NCBI GenBank assembly: GCA_963693365.1 | Contig: CAVNZM010000001.1 | Location: 21,150,125-21,214,124 of the forward strand | DNA length: 64,000 nucleotides | Reading direction: 5' to 3' | Origin: Amoebidium appalachense | Taxonomy: Eukaryota > Protista > Ichthyosporea | Program-made: the position numbers and the translations under genes | Notes under the pieces: generated by a model | The model's input: the letters and a program-made list of their open reading frames with translations, nothing else | What the model was told of the DNA's origin: nothing | The model's database searches: none | Part shown: piece by piece, positions 1 to 12,556 of the stretch | Layout of the letters: each line of letters opens with the position of its first letter | How positions within the stretch are numbered: position 1 is the stretch's first letter

Positions 1-741
1 CCTAAGTTCCTTTTCTGCCGAAACATCACTAGCTAAGGCTTTATCCGACTGAAGGACCTTGAAGCAAGGCCTCCTTATCTTCCAGAGGCCTTGCCGCAGC
101 TGTGAGTCACCCTAGAGTCACCCTAGAGCCGATGCAGATCTAGCCAATGGCTGGCCTCATGCACAGACCAAATATAGCTACTCGTGTAGCAACCAATCGG
201 ATACAGTTGATGGCGCTGATAAGCCCTGAGCCACAGTGCCACTTTGCCAGCCTGGCCACGGCCATCTTGGTGTGTGTCTTGAGTCGGCCTGTTCACCGAC
301 CTCAGCTCGTTCCGTTCATTGCCGTTTACTTATTTCTGCACCGGCCCGTGGCCGGCGCTGCCTTCGAAATAGCATTACATGAGGCTCCTTTATATATTCG
401 ACGGTGCACCCGCTAGACCTTATCTATTCAAGCATATATGGCAAATACAATACGCAGCCGACATCGAACTGATACCGTTCACCACCAACACCAAGGACCA
501 AATATGCGGAATAGCCGCTAACACAGTAAAGACCAAGACAAACAGGAGCCTGCATGAACATAAAAGGCAGAGACACATCTGGAGGAGGTCCTAACAGGGT
601 TTACTTTAAGCGTCAATAGTCGGATATTTCAACAAGTTCAGTATACGAGCTTCGATAGTTCATAGAAATCAAAAAGGAGTACTAGTCTTTCGCACGGTGT
701 GTCTATTGCATTCGTAGATGGTTGTTGGTGCATGATGTGGG

Positions 742-1629
742 CTAGAGCATGCTGTGTGAGTGCATGTGCCAGTCCAGGAAGTCCAAATTGTCCATGCTGT
801 CGAGCTCAAAGTGCTCCAGCCCCAGCTCCAGCCCTGGGGACAGCTGGCCCTGGCCCCCCTCCTCCCCCGTGCTGCTGACTGACGTGGGTGACGCCGTCTC
901 AAATGCCGACAGGGGGGAGCCCTCCCCTGTGCGTTCCGTGTCCTGCACGGCCAGCAGGGGGGGCAGGCTGAATGTGGGCCCTGTGGGGGTGGTGGCGGGG
1001 TCGGGGCTGTGGGCTGGCAGCTGAGGCTCACCGACCACCGAGGGGTCAGCTGGGCCGGTCAGGCCTTGTGAGGGGAAGGTGTCCAGGTGCGCAAACAGCT
1101 CGCCCTCCCGTGTGACCGTTATGTTGCTGGGTGGTGGCCGGTCAGGGGCCAAGGTGAAGGAGAAGGCGCCCGTGATGTGGCTCTTGCCGGCTGAGCCGGT
1201 GCGTGCGGGGTTCATGGCGGCCAGCAGGCGCTGGTGCTCTAGGAGGATCAGCTGCTCCTGCAGACATTCCTGCTGCCGGCTCATCTCCATGTGCTGCTGC
1301 CTGCACGTGCAACCGGTCAGCAATGCAGCAGGCCACAGCCTACCAGTGCGTCCTCAGCACAACCAACTCGACCAAGCACTGCAAGCCCCCCCCCCCCAAC
1401 CCCAACCCCCACCCCGCCACCACCACAACACACACACAAAAAAAAAACCACCCAGCCTTTTTTCTTTCTCCCCCCCCACACCTTTGTGTGCATTTACCTC
1501 AACCAACTGCCGTCTCGTCCTTCTCCCTCTAAAAATAGTCGAATCTTAAAGGAGTCACTTCCATTGTGAGCTGACGTGCATATCTGTCATGCTTGTTTGT
1601 GCATACTACCGACTGATGTACTCATGTAC

Positions 1630-1728
<99 letters not shown>

Positions 1729-3495
1729 TGGTGAGAACCATCCCAGTGCTAGTGCATGCACCCATGGGGGCCATGGCTGTGGCCGTTACCTTGACTGCTG
1801 GGAGATGAGGGCCAGTTCGTTCTTGTGCAGACTCGGGTCGATGACCAGCGCCCCATTTGGTATCACCCTGTGTGTGCCCTGTGAGCAAAAAAGACCCCCA
1901 AATTGCGCAAGAACAATAAACCCACACGGGGGTTCTAAGAATGCCCACGTTTAATTTGCCCCCCCCCCCCCCCCCCCCCCCCCAAAACACACACACACAC
2001 ACACACCCACCCCACAGAAAAAAAAAAGAAAAAAAAGAAAAGAAACGAAAAAAGGCAAAAAAAAGAAAAAACACCATCCCTATGCCGACCATTCCCTCTC
2101 ACACACGCAGGGAGGGATCCACATACAGCACCTTATGTTTTAAGCAACAACAAGGCCCCCACTGCAACTGAGAAGATCGCCCACACCACGACGACCCCCC
2201 CCCCCCTCCTCCCCACACACGCACACGCACACCACCACCACCATTACCACCACCGCAAAGGGGAAAAGAGGGGCGGGAGGGGGGGGGAGCAAAACAAAAA
2301 AAAGGCAAAAAAGGGGGGAAAAAATCTACCTAACCCATATCCAACCAAATCGCAACAACCTCAACTCTCCTCCCCCCCCCCCACCACACACCCCACCCTG
2401 TATCCCCCCCCCCCCCCCCCCCCCACCACACACCCCACCCTGTATCCCCCCCCCCCCCCCCCCCCCCACACACCCCACCCTGTATCCCCCCCCCCCCCCC
2501 CCACCACACACCCCACCCTGTATCCCCCCCCCCCCCCCACCACACACCCCACCCTGTATCCCCCCCCCCCCCCACCACACACCCCACCCTGTATCCCCCC
2601 CCCCCCCCCCCCCCACACACCCCACCCTGTATCCCCCCCCCCCCCCCACCACACACCCCACCCTGTATCCCCCCCCCCCCCCCCCCCACCACACACCCCA
2701 CCCTGTATCCCCCCCCCCCCCACCACACACCCCACCCTGTATCCCCCCCCCCCCCCCCCCACACACCCCACCCTGTATCCCCCCCCCCCCCCCACCACAC
2801 ACCCCACCCTGTATCCCCCCCCCCCCCCCACCACACACCCCACCCTGTATCCCCCCCCCCCCCCCCACACACCCCACCCTGTATCCCCCCCCCCCCCCCC
2901 CACACACCCCACCCTGTATCCCCCCCCCCCCCCCCACCACACACCCCACCCTCCCACCCCCCCCCCCCCCCCCCCACCACACACCCCACCCTGTATCCCC
3001 CCCCCCCCCCCCCCCCCCCACACACCCCACCCTGTATCCCCCCCCCCCCCCACCACACACCCCACCCTGTATCCCCCCCCCCCCCCCCCACACACCCCAC
3101 CCTGTATCCCCCCCCCCCCCCCACCACACACCCCACCCTGTATCCCCCCCCCCCCCCCCCCACCACACACCCCACCCTGTATCCCCCCCCCCCCCCCCCC
3201 ACCACACACCCCACCCTGTATCCCCCCCCCCCCCCACCACACACCCCACCCTGTATCCCCCCCCCCCCCCCCCACACACCCCACCCTGTATCCCCCCCCC
3301 CCCCCCCCCCCCACCACACACCCCACCCTGTATCCCCCCCCCCCCCCCCCACCACACACCCCACCCTGTATCCCCCTCCCCCCCCCCACCACACACCCCA
3401 CCCTGTATCCCCCCCCCCCCCCCACCACACACCCCACCCTGTATCCCCCCCCCCCCCCCCTCCCCCTTACCACCACCACCACTTCCATCCCCCCC

Positions 3496-3540
<45 letters not shown>

Positions 3541-6343
3541 CCATTCTCCTCCCTCCCCGAAAGCCCCCTTGCCCCAGCCCCTGTCCCAACCAACGAATGC
3601 CACCCGTTACCCTCCCCAACCCCCCCCCCCCCCCCCCCCCAAACCCTTTATGCACACACACCCACCCACCCACACACACACACCCACACACGCACACACA
3701 CACACACACACACACGCACGCACGCACCACACAGACCCCCCCCCCCTCACCCACCCACCCACCCACACACACAGACACACGCACGTACTCTAGCACGTCC
3801 TCCTCGTCGCTGGTCATTGTGACGCCGTGGCACTGCAGGTACTCCAGCCGGCCCGTCCTTGCATTGACACTGCATGCCCGTACCGTCAGCTGGCCCATCG
3901 CACCCACACACACAGCACTTTTTTGCCCCTCCCCCTTGCCGCCCTGCCTGAGCAGCTAGTGCATATCTTGCTCCCACCTGCAAAACACTGCGGCTGCGCC
4001 CCCTGCCTGCTGTGTGGCCGTGGTGGGGGGTTGCCCATGAAGGGAGCTTGGGGTGTGGTGGTGGTGGTGGTCGTCGTGGTGGTGGTGGTGGTGGTGTGTG
4101 TGTGTTTTTTTTTTTTTGGTGGGGGGGGGGGGGGGAAGGGTTGGAGGGCATGGGTGATTGTAGCCGTGTGGTGTGCCGGGGGGCTGCATACCATGGGCGG
4201 ATCAGGACCTTGATACGCTCCCACGTGCCCCGCGCGTTAAAGATGCGGGCGGAAAACAGGCCCGTGTACTGCTGGTGCGCAACCACCCTGCAGCAAACCG
4301 TCAGCAAGGGCACGCCGTGGTGCCGAGCACATCATCCAGGCTGGATGGTTTCATAGCCTACGTGCATTCATGATTGCCGGCCCTATCCCCACCCCCTCCC
4401 CCCACTCACCAACCCTCGCCACCCACCCACACGAATACGCACTTGTGCACGTGGCCGACCTTGCCGACATCATTTGGGTGCATGAAGTGGTACGGCTTCT
4501 TGCCCTCCAGCTCGGCCGCCTTGTAGCCGTACACCACTGCGGCACAGTGTCAGCACACACGCATGCACATGTATGCTGCACGTGACAAAATGCTAACACG
4601 CAGGGGCAGCCAGCTCACATGGCCACATGCTCGACTGTGTGTGGCATGCAGATCATAGTAAGCGTGTATGCCCTTGTTCACTTGTGTGCATGCAGATCAT
4701 AGTAGGCGTGTATGCCCTTGTTCACTTGTGTGCATGCAGATCATAGTAAGCGTGTATGCCCTTGTTCACTTGTGTGCATGCTTGCATGCACGTGTAAGCG
4801 CATGTCCTTGTCTGCGGGAAAGCATGGAAATGCAGGCGTCTGCATGATTGAGTATGCATGCACGTTTCAATTAGTGCGGGCATGTGATAGCTGCATTAGG
4901 TGTGCATGAACGAGTCTGACTGTGTGTGCGTGCACGTGTCTGACTGTGTGTGCATGAACGAGTCTGACTGTGTGTGCATGAACGAGTCTGACTGTGTGTG
5001 CGTGCACGTGTCTGACTGTGTGCGTGCACGAGTCTGATTGTGTGTGCATGAACGAGTCTGACTGTGTGTGCATGAACGTGTCTGACTGTGTGTGCATGCA
5101 CGTGTCTGACTGTGTGCGCATGCACGTGTCTGACTGTGTGTGCGTGCACGTGTCTGACTGTGTGTGCGTGCACGTGTCTGACTGTGTGTGCGTGCACGTG
5201 TCTGACTGTGTGTGCGTGCACGTGTCTGACTGTGTGTGCATGCACGAGTCTGACTGTGTGTGCATGCACGAGTCTGACTGTGTGTGCATGCACGAGTCTG
5301 ACTGTGTGTGCATGAACGAGTCTGACTGTGTGTGCATGCACGAGTCTGACTGTGTGTGCATGAACGAGTCTGACTGTGTGTGCATGCACGTGTCTGACTG
5401 TGTGTGCATGCACGAGTCTGACTGTGTGTGCATGAACAGTCTGACTGTGTGTGCATGCACGTGTCTGACTGTGTGTGCATGAACGAGTCTGACTGTGTGT
5501 GCATGCACGTGTCTGACTGAGACACGTGCATGCACGTGTCTGACTGTGTGTGCATGCACGTGTCTGACTGTGTGTGCATGCACGTGTCTGACTGTGCGTG
5601 CGTGCACGTGTCTGACTGTGTGTGCGTGCACGCGTATCTGCTTGTGTTAATCCATCTGTCTGATTGCGCCTTAATATGCACCGTGTTGTGGGTGCATGCA
5701 CACTTTGTGCATGTTCGTGCATATGTTTCTGTGTACCTTTGCAGGCACATATGCGAGTGTGCATGCAGAGTGTGACGGTGCATGCATGCATATATTTGTA
5801 CGTACACACCTGATGTATCCGCATATACCTGTTTGTGTGTGCGCATGATGCTCTGTGTGTGTGTCTGTGTGTGTGCACGCAAATGTTTGTGTGCGCATGC
5901 ACACATTTGTCCGTGCATGTAAGTGTTAAATTTTGTGCACACACACTTGTCTGACTGTACACTCACGCACGTCTCCGATTATGAGTGCATGCATGTGTTT
6001 CTGTGTGCGCATGCACATGTTTTTGTGCGAATGAACCATTTGTGCATCCACTTCTGCGCACGTACATCCTTCCTTGCAGCCGGGGAAGACGGCATCAAAG
6101 CCCCCGTCCAGACTGTGCAGAAACCACCACTTGTACGAGGGGGTGTCCAGTTGGGGCGGGTTGGGCATCACGTTGGCTGCACACAAACAAGAGTGTGAGT
6201 GCACGTGCAAAATGCGCACGTACATGCACACACACACATGTAGACACATGCACACACACACATGTAGACACATGCACACACACACACACACACACCAGCT
6301 AAAAAGAGCAAACTGAAAAGCCCGCATATGCAGGTGCTCACAC

Positions 6344-6435
<92 letters not shown>

Positions 6436-6780
6436 AACAGGCACACAGGCACGCACCCTTTGGCACGACGCTGTGTGTACCCCAGAAGTCATCTGGGTAG
6501 AAGGTCAGCAGCTGCACGGTGGCCCCGTCCTGGTCTGCGCGCCTGCCCGTCAATGTCATCTGGATGTATGCGTCGTCTCTCTTGCGCAGCCTAATCTTGC
6601 CCGACCAGCTCTCGACATCGTGCAGGTTGAGCTGTGGCGGGTGGTCAGCAAGGGGGCAGTGTGTGTGTGTGAGTTTGGGGGGAGGGGGGGGAGGAAGGGA
6701 TGTGGGTGTTTGTGTGTATGTGTGTGGGGGGGGGAGGGTTTCAGGTATGCTTGTTTGTGTGTGTTTTTTTTTTTTTTTCT

Positions 6781-6825
<45 letters not shown>

Positions 6826-6860
6826 TGTGTGTGTGTGTGTGTGGGTTGTGTGTGTGTGGG

Positions 6861-6917
<57 letters not shown>

Positions 6918-7887
6918 TGTGGGAGAGGGGGTGGGGGGGAGGGGAGGCTGGGTGAGTGCGTCCCAGAAAGGTGTTGGAGTTAACATTTTGGCACGGTATC
7001 CGTGTCTATGTGCACCACCCCACGTGGCCACACACCTGCATCAGGGCTGTGCGCAGGGGCATGACGTCTTTCCAGAAGACAAACTCCATTAGGTTGCGCT
7101 CCCGCATGTTCATGGCCTTGTACTGCCCCCACACACAGTCAGCCACGTGATGAAAAACACGTGCAGTGCCATGCACATACATTTGCACACGTACTATGTG
7201 ATGCACACACGTGAAACACACACGTGCCATGCACACACATGAAACACACACACACACGTGCAGTGCAATGCCCACACACGCAACACACACACACGTGCAG
7301 TGCAATGCACACACACGCAACACACACACACGTGCAGTGCAATGCACACACACGCAACACACACACACGTGCAGTGCAATGCACACACACGCAACACACA
7401 CACACGTGCAGTGCAATGCACACACACGCAACACACACACACGTGCAGTGCAATGCACACACACGCAACACACACACACGTGCAGTGCAATGCACACACA
7501 CGCAACACACACACACGTACAGTGCAATGCACACACACGCAACACACACACACGTGCAGTGATTTGCACACCCACACAGCACACACGTGCAGGGACACGT
7601 ACGTCCAGGTAGCCCTCGCAGCTGTCGGACACGTATTTGATGACGCCATCCATGTCCACCACCATCAGCACCCCCTCAAACACCTCCATCACCGCACGCT
7701 CACTGTCGTAATCCGCTGCACACCATGCCGTCAGCATCATGAAACAACAGGGGGAATGAATGGCCAGGGCATAGTAGAAGATGTGTGCGCATGACCGGGT
7801 GACGTGTGTGCACGCACATAGCCTCTCCCAATTAACTCTCTCTGTGTCATCACTCGCGCTCTACAAACACACAAAAACACACACGCA

Positions 7888-7939
<52 letters not shown>

Positions 7940-8134
7940 GTGTTGTGTGTGTGTGTGGGGGGGGGGGGGGGTGTCACTCTCCCTTTTGCTCATACCCATG
8001 CTCTCTCTTTCATTCTGTCCCTCTCCCTCTCTCGCCCGCGTCTGTGAGTTTGTATTTGTGTGTGCTTGTGTGCGCGCGATGTGTTCACAATTTGTCTTGT
8101 GTATGGGTGTATGCGTGCCTTGTGTGTGTGTGCA

Positions 8135-8173
<39 letters not shown>

Positions 8174-9915
8174 CTGTATATGTGTGTGCGTGTGTGTGCG
8201 CGCGCAGGTGGAAGCACACGGTGTGCAGGTGCTTATGTGCTTCAGCGTCAGATTTAGATGGTTGATGTGTATGTGCTGTACCTGCACATGTACATGTCCG
8301 CGTGTGTGCGTGTGCTGAACCGTGAGTGAATAAGTGTGGCCACACACACTACTATCTATCACTGGAATGGGATACGTATACGTATGTGCTTGCCCCGTAT
8401 TCCTCGAGTCTTTGTTTGCGCGCGCGCGCATGTGTGTGTGTGTTTATGTGTGTGCGCGCGCGCGTGCGTACAAAGGCTGCCTGCATATGCATGGTCGAGG
8501 GTGCCAGTGCAGTGCGTAAAGATTTTGTGCGCCTATGCCTTGGTGCTGTGCCTGTGGAATGCCCGTGTGTGTATGTGTGCCGGCGTGTGCCTGTGTGCCC
8601 GCGTGTTCATGTGTGCCGGTGTGTGCCGGTCTGCCCGTAATGCCCGTGTGCCTGTGTGCCTGAATAATGCCCGTGTGCCGTGTGTGTGCAACTCACTGCC
8701 CAGCTTTGTCAGAAAGTCCACGGCCTCGGACAGCACCTCCGACTGGCCCACCTTGCCCACCTGCTCTGGCATCAACAGCTGCCCCTCCCCGTCAATGTCT
8801 GCACACAGCCAGGAGAGTGCTGCACCTCACTACAATCCCCCAACCCCCCTACACCCTCTGGTACTTTGCTTGTTCTGAGGGGTTGTCGGGCCTTTGCAAG
8901 TCCCCCCTGTCCCGTCCCTACCAACACTTACACTCACAACTCCGTAAACGTGTGGATACTGGTCTAGTATCAGCCTTCATAATAATAAGACGTTGCAGCA
9001 AACAACACGTGCTGCTACAGGCATATGCACACTTACACCCGTGAGAGAAGCACCACCAAGCACGTGCACACACCCAGGTTCGGGGACCCAAGCCAAGTGC
9101 ACGTGTAAACGCTCACAACGCTATAACAGACCTTTCAACAAAGAGCCAGAAAGCATAAAAACAAAAGCATGCTGCTCACTTCGCCACACACAACTACAGA
9201 CCGTATGAACACGTGCACACATAAGCACACACGAGTACACGTGCACACATGTCTCCGCGTCCACATCCAAGATGCACATCTGCACACCACACACCCGTGC
9301 ACGCTCACTGGTCGCAAACGCATCCATGCGCGTGCGCGCTCGCCAGCACGCACAAAAGCACTCACACATGTGTGGCCGCACGCAGGCATGCATGTACGCA
9401 AGCACGCACGCCACGCAGGCACACACTCAAGCATACAGGCATGTGCGCATGCTTGCACACGAGTATGAAAGCACACGCCCTAGGCGCCCCCTCCTCCCCC
9501 CCCCCCCCCCCCCCTCTCCCCCCTCCCACACACACACTCCACACCTGCACACACACCTGCTCCAGCTCGCGTATGCATCGTGCAAACTCCTTGCGGTTGA
9601 GCTGCTTTGTTGTCTGGTAGGACTTAGGCCCTTTTGCCTTCTTGGTGCCCCATGAGTTCTTCACCGCCTCCACCCACCCGTCGTCTGCCCAACCCCAGCC
9701 CACGCCCAGTCAAAACCTCAGGCAAGTCTCCTTTATAACCCCCTTCAATCCCCCAGCACAAGCACATAAGCAACCAACCTGCTCACCCCCGCCCCCTCCT
9801 CCCCCACCCCCTTCCCTCCCTCTCCCCCCCCACTCACCACCTCCCAGCCTCCACCCTTCCTCAAACACACACGGCCCACCCACCCCTCCTTACCTGTCAC
9901 CAGCGGCTTGGCCAT
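742..9915 (-). CDS. bHLH-PAS transcription factor, CLOCK/NPAS2-like (12 exons)
   Basis: Exons with consistent phase and GT-AG ends: 9894-9915, 9557-9684, 8697-8778, 7603-7715, 7036-7122, 6481-6631, 6066-6176, 4443-4536, 4192-4287, 3789-3869, 1790-1867, 742-1300. bHLH: KAKGPKSYQTTKQLNRKEFARCIRELEQLLMPEQVGKVGQSEVLSEAVDFLTK. PAS-A: MEVFEGVLMVVDMDGVIKYVSDSCEGYLDY...NLMEFVFWKD. PAS-B: FLHSLDGGF...YGYKAAELEGKKPYHFMHPNDVGKV. PAC: ARIFNARGTWERI...VNARTGRLEYLQCHG. These are followed by a Q-rich coil and an acidic tail. Additional small exons cannot be excluded. Confidence 0.88.
2383..3450. repeat. C-rich minisatellite, unit CCACCACACACCCCACCCTGTAT(C)n (~36-41 bp, ~28 copies), intronic
   Basis: Directly visible tandem array; it produces the Gly-rich pseudo-ORFs at 2326-3603. 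Confidence 0.95.
4637..4790. repeat. ~44-bp tandem repeat, ~3 copies (GTGCATGCAGATCATAGTAAGCGTGTATGCCCTTGTTCACTTGT)
   Basis: Visible tandem copies inside an intron. Confidence 0.85.
4907..5630. repeat. 24-bp minisatellite GTCTGACTGTGTGTGCRTGMACGW, intronic
   Basis: About 30 visible tandem units; many contain CACGTG. Confidence 0.95.
7215..7590. repeat. ~36-bp minisatellite CACACACACGTGCAGTGCAATGCACACACACGCAA, intronic
   Basis: About 9 visible units. Confidence 0.9.
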
Positions 9916-11193
9916 CTTTGCTTCCAGAGGCCTTCCAGCAGCGAGTGGGCACACGCCCCCTGCCTCCTACGCTCGCGTGCGCGTTTGCGCACCCTTGTGG
10001 CTTCACGTGCCTGTGGCGGCACTGGCCACGTGCATGGCTGGGGGTGCTGTGCTTCCCCTAAAGACCCACGCAGCCTGCACGGCCCCAAAAACACAACAGA
10101 CAGAGTAATAACGACACAACTAAGGCCAGTCCGCAACCCCTCGTATTCTTCCGTGCTAGGCCCGCTAATGTGTCACGTTGTACGCTTCAATGCAGCCACA
10201 ATACGCCCCTTCTACTCTCCTACGTTGAAAATGAAAGCTTCAAGAGACTCAGGTGACAATGGCGCACGGTTTGCCGCCCGTGAAGTCTTCTAGAACATGG
10301 GCACTCCCTAGATCAAAGGTCTCATACCATAAGTTTAGGTCTCTAATAATGTATCTTAGGCTATCAAGTGTATCTAGCATGTTTACATGCCTAACTAAAA
10401 TAAATAACGGATATAAAGCTACTTTTTTGTTTTTTACTTCTACTATCCTGTATATGTGTCAGTATATTTGAAAAACAGGAATGTTGTAGTAGTTTTATTG
10501 TTGCCTAAAATTGTGGCCTTCACGGTGCACGATTTAGAGTCTTGGGGGATCCTTTGTTATCTCTGCAATCGCCAACACACACCTAGGATTGCATGATTTT
10601 ACGCTGCGGTGGTTGACAGCAATAAATCACACAGTTTTTAAAAGTGTGCCCTTCACCAATCCCTGAGTGGTGCTAGACCTAATGTATTGCCGGTGTAGCT
10701 GCCTTTGGCTCACCCGGTGGCCCGTGGCGGCTCAATTCAACGTCATGCCGGTCGCAACAAGCGCAACGTTCGGCGCCATGTGTGACTTGAAGACCCAGGC
10801 TGCGTCACTGGCTCGAGACTACCAGGACATGGGGTGCACATGTCAAGGCCTCCTACTCAGAGTGGGAGGCCTTGGCACATGTGCGTTACCACCTTTCATA
10901 TGCATGAGAAGCCGCTTGCCAGCAGTCTTGCTGCCGTGCACGATAGTATGTTCCGTGATTATGCACGCTGATCGCCACGCTAGCCTAGTGGGGTGGGTGC
11001 CCCTCAGGAACTGCATAAGGCTATCATAATATATGCATCTAACAGTCTGTGGCTGCTGGTTGTACTTTTTGCAAAACTCTCATTCCAGTGCAATGTGAAC
11101 CGTCAACACATACATATACACGTGAATATACCCCTCCCAGCCTTCACATATGAATACCTGACAGGCCCTTCCAAATGGCATGTGGCACAGGGA

Positions 11194-11224
<31 letters not shown>

Positions 11225-12494
11225 TCCCCCCCCCCCCCCCCCCCCCACTCCCCCGCCCACTTTCCCTCCCCCTCCCCCCCCCATAAATCACGTCCCCTTA
11301 CCCCCCGTGCAGACATAGGTGCATCTACACCTCCTTTAATTATTTAAACCCGTCCCCACCCCCTCCAAATCATTTCCCATAATTCCCTCCCCCCCCCCCC
11401 CCCCCCCCACTTCCCCGGGGATATAGTTACTGCGCTCGTGGTGGCATGGGCGGGCGGTCTGGTTCGCCTTACCACTACTAGTTTACCCTCACGGCATATC
11501 TGGCACTCTACTTACATAGGAGGCCATGCCTTCATGCCAGCCAGAACTGCCTGCAGAGCGGTACGCGAGATAGAAGCGAGTGCTTTCGATGCCGCATAGC
11601 ATAGCACAGGCGTCGCACATACTCTCTTCGAGCCCCTGTTCTCAAACGCTACTGGTGTCGACTGCGAGCCGCCACTCCTATCCCCTCCCCCCACCCCCCC
11701 CCCTCTCCCCTCCCCTCCCCCCCCCCCACCCCCCCACCCCCCATCCTGCCCTCATCTCCCTTCCCCTCTCCCCTCACACCCCCCCCTCCCCTCCCCCCCC
11801 TCCTCCCCCCCGCCCCCCTTCCTCCCTCCAGAGACCCCCTTCTGGCCCATCCGGCCGCTCAGACTGAGAGCTATCATGCGAACGGCCAATAGTATCTTTC
11901 CGCTCGCGAGATATTCGGCTTTCTCAAGGCTCACTCTCTCTTTCGCCCCACCTCTCTCTAAAAAAAAAATTCGTCACCAAGCTTATGAATACCATGCTCC
12001 CTCGGGTTTTTTTTTTTTTGCCTTGGAGTGGTTGGCCTGTGTGTGTACCGGTACCGAGCGCATGCGCTTGTGTTTGTATGTGTGCGCGCGCATGTGTGCA
12101 CGAAGCAATGTTTGCTTGCACGTGACACTGTACGTTTGCCCGTGACACTGTGTGCATTATGTGCACAGGTGTACGTGTAAGCAAGCGCACGTGTACGGTG
12201 CGTGTGTGTATGCGGCATTCACTTGTGCGTGTTGAGTTGGTGGTGGTAGTTGGGGGGTGGGGGGAGGGAGGGGAGGAGGGCACATTGCCAGGTGGGTACT
12301 GGTAATATTAGGCTAGGGCCTCTGCTATGTCGTGTGCCACTCTAACTTTGTGCAGTGTGTGGGCGTGTACACACGTGCCTATTCAGTCGTATATACATAC
12401 ACGCGTGCCTATGCGAACTTTCCGATTCAACGGATTGCTTGCGCATGCATAGTATGCGCCTGCCACTTAGTGTGCCTGAGCTCACCTGGACCTG

Positions 12495-12555
<61 letters not shown>

Positions 12556-12556
12556 A
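12495..12556. repeat. (CCTGTG)n hexamer microsatellite
   Basis: Direct reading. Confidence 0.9.

Noticed and set aside
2326-3603. Gly-rich 366-425 aa ORFs
   Set aside because: Open in all three minus frames over a minisatellite inside an intron of the bHLH-PAS gene.
9897-10136. RKRARERRR peptide as the true bHLH basic region
   Set aside because: The frame has no ATG, stops at 9897 before the donor, and cannot be spliced onto helix 1 sensibly.
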